Below are positions 9,301-21,300 of a stretch of DNA of 33,138 nucleotides, piece by piece. Each line of letters starts with the position of its first letter. The first letter of the stretch is position 1. The position numbers and the translations under genes were made by a program. Location: positions 1-33,138 of the IMG/VR virus record IMGVR_UViG_3300020414_001513; one strand, written 5' to 3'. Origin of the DNA: a virus. Taxonomy: Duplodnaviria; Caudoviricetes. Under the pieces are notes generated by a model, which saw only the letters and a list, made by a program, of their open reading frames with translations, did no database searches and had not been told where the DNA came from.

Positions 9301-12300
9301 TTGGTGCTGGTCTGTTTCTATCATATGGATCAGTAGAATAAGTTTCTACAAGAACTGCTGGAGATCCAAGACCTGCACCAATGTCTGGTCTAGAAGTATC
9401 ACCAAACTTATGATTTGGTTTTTGAATCCTCATGACACCAATCTTTTTGCCTGTGGAATCAAAAACATCCGCCTCTTCAAAAACCTGGAAAGTTCCAGAT
9501 ACCATAGTCATTTCACATAATTTTGGAACAACATCAACTTGCTGACTATCAAGATACAAATAATGTTTTGTATACGGTCTCAATCCATTAGCATTGAAGT
9601 ATACGTTTCTTGAACGCATCCAAGGATCTGCCTCTCCAGAGATTTTTACATCCTCTACATAATTAAATTCTCTTGAAGGTCCTTTGAGTTTTGGTGTATA
9701 TCTAGTTTTAGTGGTGATTGTTGTAGTAGTAAATGCTCTAGTTTTTCTTTCGCCTCTACCACCACCTTTTTTGTAAGTGACATATTCAGTTTTTCTGTCA
9801 ACATTTTTAGTAACTGATGCTTCTTGTTTCCACTTAGCACCCGTTGATTCAGTTCTATGATTATTAACATAGATTGTTCTAGTCCAGTTATCAGACTGAG
9901 GATCTAACTGAACACCACCAACATAAACAATAACATTGAATGGATTGACATTTTCAACATTAGTAGCGTGAGGTTGATCAAGCCAACCAACTTCTTCATA
10001 CTTAAGTGTCAGTAGATCTCCAGTTTTTTGAATATTTGAATCTAACAGTCTTAAGTTCTGTGAGAGATCTGCTTTAGTTGTATCAATTGCAGGATCAAAT
10101 GCTAACTGAGCATCCATTGACCAAAAATCTACAGGAGCAATAGCAGTTGCACCTTCTTTTGCAATATCAAGAGTTGAATATCGGGGATCCATCAACGACT
10201 TATCTCTAAAGTCAGATACAATAAATCCAGATTTGAATCTATCAAGACCATTAGCATCAGTAACTGCCAATGTTTTTGCGTTCATCTCCAACATTGAGAG
10301 ACTAGTAACTTCTTCAAGATTTTCAATTCTATCTTCAAGTTTTCCAATATCCCTCATTGTAAATCTTCTATTGTCACGAAGAAGAATTTGAGGTTCCGAT
10401 GTTGGATTAAACAGATAAGCAGGATAGGAAATCTGTGCGATTTCCATTGCATCATCCGACAAAACTGGTGGTTGTGGAAAATCTGCAGGTTCTCCTTTAA
10501 TTACTTCAACATCACCAAGACGATTGATCGTGACAAGATCAATTCTTGGAAGATAATAACTGTATCCTAAGAATGAAGACTCATCTGGAGAAACAACATA
10601 CTTATAGTTGTATTCATATTCTCTACTGGAGAATGCAAAAGGTGAAGCATTGGTTGAAGTATCAAACGCAGATACTCTTGGTCTAAAATCTAAGAAGTCT
10701 GATGCACGGAGACCATTTGGAAGTACTGGAAGATCACTTCTATATCTATCCTGAGAATAGGAATTGACGGTGAAAATATCGCCAGTATTATTTGATCCTA
10801 CAGCATATGAATCAAAAATCACCAACAATTGACGAGAAGGAATTGCAGCACCATCTCTTCTTACAATTCTAGAATAATCGCAGTATTGATGGCGATGACC
10901 TTTGTCTAATCTGTAGTTTGGAGTTTTATCAACATAACTTCCAGGATTGACTTCTTGAATGATTGCTGATCTTGAAGATTCTTTGAACTCAACAAGTTCA
11001 CCAACTGTAAAATTATTCGTATTTAATTTTACGTAGTCAACAGAGTTTGCTGCTGTGCGAACAACTTGAGCAACTGCTCTACTGTCTTGACCTACAATTT
11101 TTTCTCCGATCAATACACTTTGATCTAAAGCAAGACCTGTTGCAAATGTTAACTTATCAAGAACAGGTGCAGAGGTATCTGTGGATTCATAAATCGCACG
11201 AACATTGACTACATCAGGTACGTTCAGTGAAATTTCTTCATCTTCAATTCTTGTTCCATAGAATTTGCTAGTTGTTAAACCTGCAACTACAGAAACTCCA
11301 CTTGTTCTAACAACTGAAAGGGTATTAGATCTGGTAAAATCTTTTGTTTTATTGGTAACAGATCTTTTTCTCAGCGTAACATTGACAGTTACTGGATTGT
11401 TATTAGGTAAACCAGAGAATGTAATAGAATCTCCGTTGGCATTGAGAGTAAACATTCCACTGTTCAGTTCTACAGGAGAACCATTATTTTCAGTGATTGT
11501 ATATCTCTCCGCATCAAACGCCTCATAAGCTACGCTTGTAATTCCAGCATTAGCATCAAGGGCATCTGCTACTGTTAATGTCAGACTATTAGAAGATACA
11601 GATTTACCTGTAATTTGCTTGGTAATAGTTAATTCTGAATTTGCAAGATCAACAGAAGAAATTTTCTCAACTGGAAGTGTAGAATATAAACCATTATTAC
11701 CATACTGCCTGATTTTAGGTACCATCAGGGAGAATGTGTATCCAGATGCGTTGTTTGTAACAGTACGTCTGTTAACACCTGCAACTGCTACAGGAGTAGC
11801 TGCTAAAGTTATTGCAGTTCCATCTGCACGAATTGCACTAACTCTGTTGAAAGTTGGATCTGCATTACCAGTTTGATACTTGATAATACTATTAACTTTG
11901 ATTCCACCTTCTTTTGGTGTAAAGTTCCTGCCAGCAATTCTACCTGTGTTTCCACCACTTACAACGAGTTGATCTTTTGCACCAAAATCAGCAAGTTCTT
12001 GCTCATAAAGAACAGTATCTGCAATGAAGTTTGTGTGTAAACTTGTGTTCAGAGCATCAGAATCTTGGAATACTGCTTTAATGTCTGATGTATCAAAGAA
12101 ATCAGCAGCAGTAATAGAAGTCTTGTACTCCTCATTTTCATTGATAATAATTTGCTCACCAACCAAGAATTTTCCTGAGGTTTGTGTCAGACTGTAACTA
12201 TTTCCAGTAGATGCTGACAAATATCCAGTAGCACCACTAGAGAGACCTCTGAAATATGAAGTCAGTGGAACTTGATCCGTTTGATTATAGGTGTTAGCAA

Positions 12301-13780
12301 GTGTAAGAACTGTAAAGGTCTGAATATCATACAGATATAAATCCCATTCCGTTTGATTTCCTTCATATGGCGCATCAGATACGCCAAACCAATATACTCT
12401 TGCCTCACCTACTTTTGTTGTTAATCCTGCATTAGAAGCATTGGTAACATTTGTATTACCTGCTCCATTTCTTCTTTGACCATATAATTCAATAACATTA
12501 GTATTGGTTCCACCGCCCGCTGCGGTTCCACCGATATTGATATAAGGCGTTCCGTGGACATTATTGACCTTGATTAAACTTCCAAGAGCAAATGGGATGT
12601 TTGAGTCTTTTACTCTTTTTGTTGTTCTTGGTTTTTCTACATCAACTATAGTAGAACCTACAAGATCAACATCAAATCCTCTTACATATGCAGTTCCAGC
12701 AGAGACTCTAACACCTACCAAATCACTTGTTGGGGTATTACCTTGGTCAGTTACCTCATCCTCTCTGAAGAGACCACCATTGCCAGTCTCATTGTTCAGT
12801 GAGTCAACAACATCAACTGTGAAATTATCAACAGCATAATTTCCAGACTCTTCAAAAGTTCTCTTAGCGAAGTAGTCTTTAATAATATTATAGTTTGATT
12901 TATCTTGAAGTTTTTTAATTACACCTTCATCAATTTTTACCAACTCAACAAAAGTGGTATCATCATAATCAGTAAGTTGTTTCTTAGTTAATCTAAGTTG
13001 AATTTTAAGTCTATCTGCTCCAGGTGCAGCATAGTTTGTAAAACCTTTTGCATTATCGTTAATACTTGGATCTTGATCGGAATTTATAATTTCCTCAATG
13101 ATATCAAATCCAACTCTAAATGACGGTTCATTGTCATATGGATCAAGAACAATCTGAGACTTTTGAACATCAACAAATGTTCCTCTAATAAAATATACAC
13201 CCTCTGCAACACCTACAGCATATCCAGTTTTGGTTGCTTCAACTGAGTTTAATGTAAATACACTATCACCGATTACTAATGTCGTATTTCCATAGGTGAC
13301 ATTTTCTTCAAGTTCTAATATTTCACCATCTTCAAATTCAACACTAGTCCCGTCAATAGCACCATCTTGATACTTGACAAATAAAGTAATCTCTTCAACA
13401 CCTTCTTCTGGTGGTAAAAGATATCCTTTGATGGTTCCAATAATTTCAGAATTCTGTCCCTTTACCTTCGTGCCTCTTCCATTGTTTGCATTTACAATGG
13501 CATCCAAATATATTGTAACGTCTAGTCCTAAGTGATCTTGATTTACTTTTACTGTAGTAAATGCATTATCACAGGAGATTCCTCCAGGAATCACCATAGA
13601 ACCTTCTTTGAACATATGACTGCCAAAGGATTCTATCTGATTCTGCAGAATAGATTGAAGACCTGTTAGTTCTCTAGCCTGAACAGGATACCCAGGCTTA
13701 AACAGAACCTTATAAAAATTATCTGCCTTATCAAAGTCGTCATAGTAAGGGCTTACGTTTAAGTTCGTCTTTTGTGGCAT
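6365..13780 (-). CDS. Large virion structural protein (VrlC / DUF4815-like, baseplate or tail associated)
   Basis: 2471 aa; the N-terminus NLNVSPYYDDFD...YKVLFKPGYPVQARELTGLQSILQNQIESFG, APGADRLKI, RRFTMRDIGKLEDRIENLE and DPLAQSF are characteristic; follows gp8. Confidence 0.85.
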   Translation of the reverse strand: MPQKTNLNVSPYYDDFDKADNFYKVLFKPGYPVQARELTGLQSILQNQIESFGSHMFKEGSMVIPGGISCDNAFTTVKVNQDHLGLDVTIYLDAIVNANNGRGTKVKGQNSEIIGTIKGYLLPPEEGVEEITLFVKYQDGAIDGTSVEFEDGEILELEENVTYGNTTLVIGDSVFTLNSVEATKTGYAVGVAEGVYFIRGTFVDVQKSQIVLDPYDNEPSFRVGFDIIEEIINSDQDPSINDNAKGFTNYAAPGADRLKIQLRLTKKQLTDYDDTTFVELVKIDEGVIKKLQDKSNYNIIKDYFAKRTFEESGNYAVDNFTVDVVDSLNNETGNGGLFREDEVTDQGNTPTSDLVGVRVSAGTAYVRGFDVDLVGSTIVDVEKPRTTKRVKDSNIPFALGSLIKVNNVHGTPYINIGGTAAGGGTNTNVIELYGQRRNGAGNTNVTNASNAGLTTKVGEARVYWFGVSDAPYEGNQTEWDLYLYDIQTFTVLTLANTYNQTDQVPLTSYFRGLSSGATGYLSASTGNSYSLTQTSGKFLVGEQIIINENEEYKTSITAADFFDTSDIKAVFQDSDALNTSLHTNFIADTVLYEQELADFGAKDQLVVSGGNTGRIAGRNFTPKEGGIKVNSIIKYQTGNADPTFNRVSAIRADGTAITLAATPVAVAGVNRRTVTNNASGYTFSLMVPKIRQYGNNGLYSTLPVEKISSVDLANSELTITKQITGKSVSSNSLTLTVADALDANAGITSVAYEAFDAERYTITENNGSPVELNSGMFTLNANGDSITFSGLPNNNPVTVNVTLRKRSVTNKTKDFTRSNTLSVVRTSGVSVVAGLTTSKFYGTRIEDEEISLNVPDVVNVRAIYESTDTSAPVLDKLTFATGLALDQSVLIGEKIVGQDSRAVAQVVRTAANSVDYVKLNTNNFTVGELVEFKESSRSAIIQEVNPGSYVDKTPNYRLDKGHRHQYCDYSRIVRRDGAAIPSRQLLVIFDSYAVGSNNTGDIFTVNSYSQDRYRSDLPVLPNGLRASDFLDFRPRVSAFDTSTNASPFAFSSREYEYNYKYVVSPDESSFLGYSYYLPRIDLVTINRLGDVEVIKGEPADFPQPPVLSDDAMEIAQISYPAYLFNPTSEPQILLRDNRRFTMRDIGKLEDRIENLEEVTSLSMLEMNAKTLAVTDANGLDRFKSGFIVSDFRDKSLMDPRYSTLDIAKEGATAIAPVDFWSMDAQLAFDPAIDTTKADLSQNLRLLDSNIQKTGDLLTLKYEEVGWLDQPHATNVENVNPFNVIVYVGGVQLDPQSDNWTRTIYVNNHRTESTGAKWKQEASVTKNVDRKTEYVTYKKGGGRGERKTRAFTTTTITTKTRYTPKLKGPSREFNYVEDVKISGEADPWMRSRNVYFNANGLRPYTKHYLYLDSQQVDVVPKLCEMTMVSGTFQVFEEADVFDSTGKKIGVMRIQKPNHKFGDTSRPDIGAGLGSPAVLVETYSTDPYDRNRPAPSDTYSATSRLINFGVRVLSRGEKFYGYVEKGAKVVGRTSGAVCTIDRAELISDNWGDIVANFFFRNPNSNPLPPVRVKSGTKTVKVTAVPPNTVVLPGSTVFASEALGSYSGSGTILTQETSRVSVRNPPKPRRKKTKVEVQVKAPHRDPLAQSFTVDGQGAFLTSFDLYFATKDPDAKVYVELRTMELGTPTSFLVQDYTQVALNPNDIQINTSDPFNPIPTRVRFESPVFLEADTEYAIVILSPASDGYEMWTATMGQKTVRTTNLPDVQNVVVTKQYIGGSLFKSQNGTIWTPSQFQDLTFKLYKAEFVNSGTVTFHNSDILPKGDNSTVLDDNPIEGFPRKLKLPLSGTLSAAVKPGVRVGETGTGPSITGYVENIGGPAVSGSANVSIASSGTGYNPSATITGVQLSSLTGKGTGGEATLTIDSFGSVATVTITNTGSGYVDGETVGIVTSSLATASRKGFGAKFTLTATGAADTLYLTDVQGENFTNTLAIHHYTDPLDESTRTSSGVTVNGTSSLIDDLYSGNVFRVKQRNHAHHGGNNSVAIEDVLPDTTKTTVTTNFGETDTVVSVANTAIFGRFEGISTSRGYALLNNEVVSYSAITSGTGNAGSLTINARGLNSSSKSSHVVGESIQPYEVNGVSLMRINTSLNVSSAGYKSNSSNLDNYFLEFDRTTAFPTVRNSGTGMLNFTSQKGFGGNTVGISQNYQFSTLEPQFNIITPGKGTAASSQIRTISGTSAGGNEISFVDQGFEPVTLNKTINFNTPRLVASKANELARLSTLPRNKSLTMRVNFTSENKDLSPVMDLQNSTFVIGRNKTNAPIANFVDDARSNSIENDPHGAVFVTKQISLAQPATSLKVIIAAQRQEGADFRVFYQLFKADSTEIDQKFVPFPGYDNLRDTDGDGFGDRVIDPERNTGRADAFVPANDTVGFSEYQFTANSLDQFNGFAIKVVLSTTNESTPVKLKDFRAIALA

Positions 13781-13783
13781 TTT

Positions 13784-15340
13784 TTAAAATTCCAGTATAA
13801 TTTTGAGGTCTTCTTTTTGGCGTGCGTTTCTAGCAATGCTAGCCCTATTGTCAAGATAAATTAATTGTCCTGACCCTTTATTTATTTCAGGAGATGCCAT
13901 CCCACTTGTGAAGTCAACGCCAAGATTGATTAACTTCGTTCCAGTTGGATTAGTTGTAATTCCTGCAAAAGCAGTGTCAATTGATGCTGAAAAATTAGAT
14001 GTCTTTCCAGTAATTACACTTGCCGATGATTCAAAACTGTATGCTCTTCCGCTTGTTGATATTCCTGTATAATCTTGCTGATTGAGAGTTGTTGAATTAT
14101 AATAAAGAGATCTATCTCTAAAATACTTCAAAACTTTAGTCTCACTATCATATGAAGCAACATATCCAAATGCTTTTCCACCAGTCAACAAGTTTTGTTC
14201 AATTTTTTCACCAATTTTTGGTGTTCCTGTAATTGAAAGGAATTTAAATGAACTTAGTCCAGAGAATGTATTTTCTTGATAAATGTCAGTAGTTCCAACT
14301 TTTGTTGGATTTTTGACAATGCCTACCTGAGCAAAACTTGTATCAATTGGAAAATCTTTTGTTGAGTCATCAAATCTTGCATACACAAGAACCTTATCAG
14401 TTCCCAACTCAGTATAAACATCAAATCCATGACCCTTTGATGGTGGAATCACAGGAATCAAATGTGCGCTAGTGCCAGTCGTATTGGAATTGATAGATCC
14501 TAAATCAACCAAAGCATAACTATAATCTTTTCCACCAGAAGTTACGACAGTATTTGTAATTTTACCGCCTTCAACATCAACTCTTACCTTACCACCAGTG
14601 CCATCACCAATAATACTCATTTCTTGCCCTAAACCATTTGCATAGTTAGAACCAGAATTTTGAATGAAAACCGTTTTTATCTGATTTTCATTTACATCGG
14701 AGTTTGCAGCTTCTCTAATAGATCTTATTTGTGCGTCAGTGCTTGTTGACCACTCATTTGGTACAGTAATATATTCTGTTGAGTCAAACTTGATAATATC
14801 ACTTGGACTGATAGTAAACAAATACTTCCAGATATATCCATCACCACTATCACCTGCTCTAGATGGTTCTAGATCTGTAAAGGTTGGTTCATCCTGAGAT
14901 ACATTACCTTTTGGATTATCTCCACTAGAACCATTTTCAATACAAATATAAACCCTGAAGTCACTATTAATTACATAGTAATTTGCATCATACAATCTAG
15001 ATGCATTTGACAAAGGAGCAGGATTTGTAATACTATAGTCATCACGATAGATTTCATATCTACTGCCAGAAACCCAATCAATTCTTCTAACAAGTCTCCT
15101 TACGTTAGCAGAACTAATTTTCTTCCCGTAGAGAACAACATCACCAGCGTGACTATTGTAAGCAAGGTTATCAATAGGGGAAGGTGGGTTAGTATTCCAA
15201 GCAACAGTTCTACCATACCCAACAATAGTTGGATTTGGTAGACCCACAGTAATGTAGTATGAGTTAGAAGAATTTTCTACTGACTCAACAAAATTGCTGG
15301 CATTCAGAATTCTAAATTGATCAGTAACAATTGCTGACAT
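13784..15340 (-). CDS. gp8: Baseplate wedge subunit (T4 gp8-like)
   Basis: 518 aa; VRRIDWVSG, NYYVINSDFRVYICIENG, GDGYIWKYLFTI and C-terminal SGQLIYLDNR...RQKEDLKIILEF. Confidence 0.92.
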   Translation of the reverse strand: MSAIVTDQFRILNASNFVESVENSSNSYYITVGLPNPTIVGYGRTVAWNTNPPSPIDNLAYNSHAGDVVLYGKKISSANVRRLVRRIDWVSGSRYEIYRDDYSITNPAPLSNASRLYDANYYVINSDFRVYICIENGSSGDNPKGNVSQDEPTFTDLEPSRAGDSGDGYIWKYLFTISPSDIIKFDSTEYITVPNEWSTSTDAQIRSIREAANSDVNENQIKTVFIQNSGSNYANGLGQEMSIIGDGTGGKVRVDVEGGKITNTVVTSGGKDYSYALVDLGSINSNTTGTSAHLIPVIPPSKGHGFDVYTELGTDKVLVYARFDDSTKDFPIDTSFAQVGIVKNPTKVGTTDIYQENTFSGLSSFKFLSITGTPKIGEKIEQNLLTGGKAFGYVASYDSETKVLKYFRDRSLYYNSTTLNQQDYTGISTSGRAYSFESSASVITGKTSNFSASIDTAFAGITTNPTGTKLINLGVDFTSGMASPEINKGSGQLIYLDNRASIARNARQKEDLKIILEF

Positions 15341-15357
15341 CGTTATCTTTTTTTATA

Positions 15358-15365
15358 TATTTATA
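15358..15365 (-). promoter_or_regulatory. T4-type late promoter TATAAATA
   Basis: Exact consensus in the 30-nt gap before the gp8 ATG at 15340. Confidence 0.88.
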
Positions 15366-15370
15366 GGAGA

Positions 15371-18300
15371 TTATTGAATATAGAAATTCAAATTATTATC
15401 TGCTTCAATACTGACACCATCGGCGCGTGGTTTTGTGGAACGAACTGCTCCAGTTTTACCTTCACCAAAGTTTCCTCTTCTTTGAATAGTTGGGAATGTT
15501 GACAAACCTGCATCAACAGTTAGTCCAGTAACCCCAATTCCAATACCGTTTCTGGCATCATAATTAAATATTCTTCCCCAAGATAAGGTTCCAAGAGAAG
15601 TTGTCAATCCTGCATTATTATCATCAAAGTTGCCACTTTCCAAAATTCCAATGATTGGACTGCTGGAATGAACGTTACAAGTAATTTCTGCTTTTGAAGC
15701 AAGACTTGTAATGTTATTTACAATATAAACATTGTCTAAGAATGTAGTACCAATACCAACAACCGCACTATCGCTACTATTTACCGAAGTCACTCCATTT
15801 CCAACTGTTGTGTTGTAAATCATTACAGGATAACCAACCTGTAGATCCAATGCATCAGAAGCAACTTCTGCCTCACCATCAACACCATAATCTTTCATTG
15901 CACGGAAGTTAAACTTAAGTGCTAATGGGTGACCATTTGTACCAACAGAAGTGCTGATTCCAGTGATAATTCCACTAAATCCTTGAACATTGCTAACATT
16001 AGAAATATTCTCCGATGCTACTCTTGGTGTTTCAATAATTACCTGTGGTGGATTTGTGTTTGTGTATCCAAATCCAGCATTTGTAATTGAAACAGAAGTA
16101 ACTTGACCATTAGATAAGGTAACAGTTCCAGTTGCAGTGGTTCCAATTCCAACACCAATTTCTTTAGGAGCCGAGAATTTGATATCTGCAGAAGTAACTG
16201 TGTATCCTACACCAGGATTAGCAATTGAGACACCAGAAACAGTTCCAGCAATAGAAACCGTAGCAGTAAATGCGGCAGAGACTGGTTCAATAGAATCCAT
16301 CATAAATGCGTCAAATGTAAATGTGTTCTGACTCAAATCAAGAACCATTTCGTCATAATCAAAGAATTGTGCATTATCAACAAAAATTTCGGAAGATGTG
16401 GGTGAAATGTCACCAATAATTCTTGCTGTTGGGAATACTTTAGTTTCTAAAATTGGTCTCTTTTTACTGATAAGATCACCTTTGACAAATTTATCCTTCT
16501 TCTGTTTGATCCAATCAAATGGTCTGAAGATAGTATCATTGACACCTGGACCACTGTAAATATCTGTCTCAAAGATATCAGATCCAGTAATTTCAGTGAT
16601 GCTTCTTTCACGGAGTTGATCTGCAGTTTCATTAAAATTAGGATGCTTTCTTACGAAGACTTCATCACCAACTTTAATAGTTTCAGTAGTTTCAACTTGA
16701 GTGACATCTACACCATCAATACCTAAGTAGAAGAAAATATCAACCTTATCATTTGCTTTAGGTGGTTCAGTGAATATGAATGATGTTCCACCAGTAAACT
16801 GATAAGCATATCCAGGAGTCTGTAATACTCCATTTACAAATATAACAAGAACAGAATCTAAATCAATTGCAGAAGAAAGTGGATTGTTTACATCCAATTC
16901 AAAACTAAGCAACTCACCTCTATAGAAGAGTGGAAATCTCTTTCTTGAACCATTTTGGAATCCAAATACACTATCAATGTAATCCATTTCACCAAATGAC
17001 CAAGCAGAGAACTTGTCACTGAATGTTTCTACAACTTCAAGTTGGAAAGGATCAACTGGTGAAGCAAAATCTTTTGCGGTAACAAGACCAACAACTTCCA
17101 TAACGTCACCAGGTTGGAATCCATATCCAGATCTTGAGATCTTGAATTCGTCAATAAGGAATAATGTAGATCCAATTCCAACACTTGTTCCTGCAGATCC
17201 AACTGTCAAGTTGAGAAGTAAATTTTTACCAACTTCGGTTGTTGCACCAATACCAAGTCTTGATACACCAACAATTTCCATATTTTCATAATTTGGTTCG
17301 GGAATAATGATTGATGGATTAACATATCCTTTACCAGGATTTGTAATTGTAAAGGATAATGTTCCACCAATACCAACCGATGCTTCAACAACAGCACCAG
17401 TTCCTCCACCACCTGCAGATCCAACACCAACACTAATTGTATTTGTGGTAAATGCATTAACAGATAAAGTTGCTCCTGCAGCAGGATCAGTTGCTCTTGG
17501 ATAGGGTTGCTCAGTAAAGAAGTCATCATCAGAGCAAGTAAATACTAAACTATCCGTTGCAATTTGAATAGTATCAGTTGTGTCTAATCCATGATTAGGA
17601 ATGGTTAATTGAAGAACTCCAGTGTGTGAAGTAAATTTAGCATTGGTTGGTGTAAATGGACCGCCAGTGCTTGCAGTAATGCTATTATTTGCAGATCTTA
17701 CGAATCTGTGTTCATATGCAAGATCGGTAACACCAATAGAAATTGGTGATCTGTAACCAGAACCAAAGTTTTGTGTAAAGTGTCTTGCAACAGTTCCACC
17801 ACCTTCATATACGTGGGGAATAGTGCTAGGACCAACGTTGATTGCAACTTCAGTTGCTGAAATAACATTGAAGACATCTACTGGATAGTCATAATCTGGG
17901 AAGATGGTTGTCGTAACGCCAGAATGTGCTGAAGAACAACTAAATTCAAGATTATCTAACTTAACTCTATCACCACCTCTGATATTATGTGAATCTGTAG
18001 TTTCAATCTCCAAAATACCACTTACTTGATTATAAAGTGCTGTGCTGATAGAAACTGCGGTAGTAATAGTATTGATTCCAATGATATTGGTAATTTGACC
18101 AGTGGAATTCTTCTCTGCTTTGACTTTTGCACCAACAAGAGGTGCGTATCCAAGACCTGGAGTTGATCCTAAGGAAACAATAAGTCCACCTCTTGGAATT
18201 TGGTTTTGGTTGATATCAAATTTAGATTCAATAGGTGTTCCATCAACAGAACTGATTCCAGTGTAGATAACACTACTGATTCCTGCTGTAACATCTTTGG

Positions 18301-21300
18301 TAAATTCATAGGTATTACCAGCATTATTATCAGTAGATGGTGTTTGGAATACTCCATTAATGAACAGAATGCCATTTCCTGAGTCAACGCCAGTTGTATC
18401 AGCACCACCAACTTTAAGCGAGAAAGTTTTTCCAATTCCAGTGAATTCGTCGGAAATATCATCAAATACCATATTGGTATCATAATTAGATCTCAAGAAA
18501 GTTCTTCCAGAGAATGCTGCCTGTACATATGGCAGGTTGCTCTCATTTCTTCTTGCTCTATTATTTCCTTTTGGTGGATCAGTAAAGTGAAGTTCATTCT
18601 TGACAATGTTAAATGAACCTCTATAGATTTGAACATTAGCACCATCAAAGTGAGTTGTTGCTGCAGTTCCGACCGCACCTCTCTTAACAGATACTGTTGG
18701 GAAAGTAACACCAGCACCAGAAGCAATAACACCACTGATTGGTCCAAGAACTTCACCAGCAACGTTAGTACTAAATCCAACTTCAACAATAGACATAAAT
18801 TCATCATCAACTAAAAGTAAATCTCTTGGTTGAATGGAAGAAATACCCGAAATATTGAATGTAGAGATTCCTGCACTTATACCACCAGTTAAGTAATGAC
18901 CATTGTGATCTAACTTGTGATTGATTGGTGTAAAGGTAACAGGTTGTTGTACGATTCCATCAATTGCAATAACACTCTTACTCAGTTTCTTAGTGAACTC
19001 TAATTCGTGAGCATTACCTAATCCTGCATCAGTAAATGTTACAAATATTCCTGCCCTTGCAAATTGTGGAGTTGTTGCCAGTTTGAATGTATCTGGAGTG
19101 ATTGCAATTGGATAAACTTTTTCAGGAAGTCTATCAGTAACAACACCTGCATAGTTGGCGGTTGCACCAATACCCATTGCAGTCTGTCCAACACCAACAA
19201 ATGTTGATTTTGGATTGTATAGAAGTTCTTCACCAGTATTGAAGAAATGATCTTGCATTGTGAACAAACCACTTGCATAGTTGAGCAGGGTTGTATTACT
19301 AGGATCAAATTCCTTCATATAGATTGGTTTGCCATCATGTTTGATTGCAAAATTAGTCCTATTCGCTCTAAGACCATTCAATCCATCATATGCTGTGAGG
19401 AACAACAACTTATTAGTTGGTCCATATGAAAGTGGATTTGCTTGATTATCAAAATCCATCTCTCTGTAGAAAACTTCATTGAAAGATTGAAGTTCTACAT
19501 TGTAAGGAGTATCTGGGTAGAAGTTCAGATAGAACTCATTTCCAACACGTTCACCACCAAATGTGCCAAGACCAGTAACATTATTTGTTGCAGAGAATGT
19601 TCCAGGAACAACAACAATATCTCCAACTCTGGAGTTTGCCATAATAGCAACTTGATGTATTGCCGATGTAGTTCCGGCAGAAACACGAACAATAGAAGCA
19701 GCAGAAGAAATGGATCTTATATCAAAGGTGCCCGCTCTAACAACGTTAGATCCAAGTCCATTGACAGATTCATATCTTGCACTCTTCTCTGTTCCTCCTG
19801 GTTGATTGTTGAGAAGGAATCTGTAAGTTCCAATACCAGCAACTGTATTTGCAAATCCAACTATATTACTGCGTACATCAATAAATTCATTACTAGAGTT
19901 ATATGCAGTGATTGAAACAATACCTGCTGAAGTATCGTGGAACGCACTAATAATTCCAACACTTGATGCACTGTATGAAAGTGTTTGTGCATCAAAGTAA
20001 TATTCACTTACATAAGTATTTGTTCCATCAAAGTCAATTGCTGCTTCAATATAATTTGTATCAGATGTAAATCTATTTGAAATTTCAATACTTGCAAACA
20101 ATCCATTGAAATCAGAATCTGGGAATTGTGCAATTACTTTTGTATTAGAACTAATTCCAGTTGTTACACTGTTGATTCCAACAAAAGATGAAACTAAATC
20201 AACGGATCCAAAACTCTCAGTGCCGACTCCAGAACTTCCAGCTGGCAATCCTTGATACAGATATGTTTTCTTCAGAACTTTGATATCATAATCAGTGTCA
20301 AATGCATCAGCAGGAATAAACTTCAGAACTTTTCTATCACCATCCTGAATTTCTGCTTCAAAACTACCAAGTCTATTCTTTGTAAATGTGGTGTATTTTT
20401 CAAACAAGAATATATCATTTGTTGTAGATTGAACTACAAGTTCACTTAACTGCGTATCTTCAGTATCTGGGTCAACAATTTGGATGAGATATCTTACATG
20501 ATTATCAAGGAAAGAAATTTCTTCAATTTCTAAGAAGGTATCTTTAAATCCTCTACTGGAGAACTGCTCACTAATATCATCATGAATTAATACTCTATTT
20601 GTTCTACACTCAATGAAATCTGTTAATTTTCTATTTTGAATTTGTAAAGCATTAGATTGTGTCAGTCCAGTAATAGAACTTACTCGTGGATTATCATCAA
20701 GAGTGTTATCAAAGTAATTGACAATATCAACTCTTCTTTCATTAACAACATCAAGAATCACAATAGCAGTTGTGGTTCCTCCAAGTCCAATTCTACTTGA
20801 TGCTTCAGACGATACTCCAACATCTGCAAAGTTCTTGAGACCTGCTGGGTGAACAATGCTATTAACAGGAGTTGAAAGTTCATCCCAAGTTATTGGACTC
20901 TTGATTGAATAAGAAAGATTCTGATAATAGTCATTGTTTGGTGTTACTTGATAATCTTGACTGATCTTACCAACATCATCATTCCAACCAATATCATTCT
21001 TAGAGGAATACTCAATTTCAAACTTACCTCTCTTTCTGTCTATAGAGGTTACATCCGCGATTGTTCCACTAATAAATCCTTTAATTCTATCACCCTTGAA
21101 GAGATTTGCTCTACCTCTTACCTTAATATAATCATCTCTTACAAGAGCAACAAATAGATCTTGTTTTGCATACCCTTGTCCAGAATCTACATATAATCTT
21201 TCATTTTCAACAAAAGAACCTCTCTCTTGCTCAATAGTAATTCTAGGATAATTTGATTCGTTGATTAAAGTAGCATATCCAGATTGGAAAGTCTTTGCAA

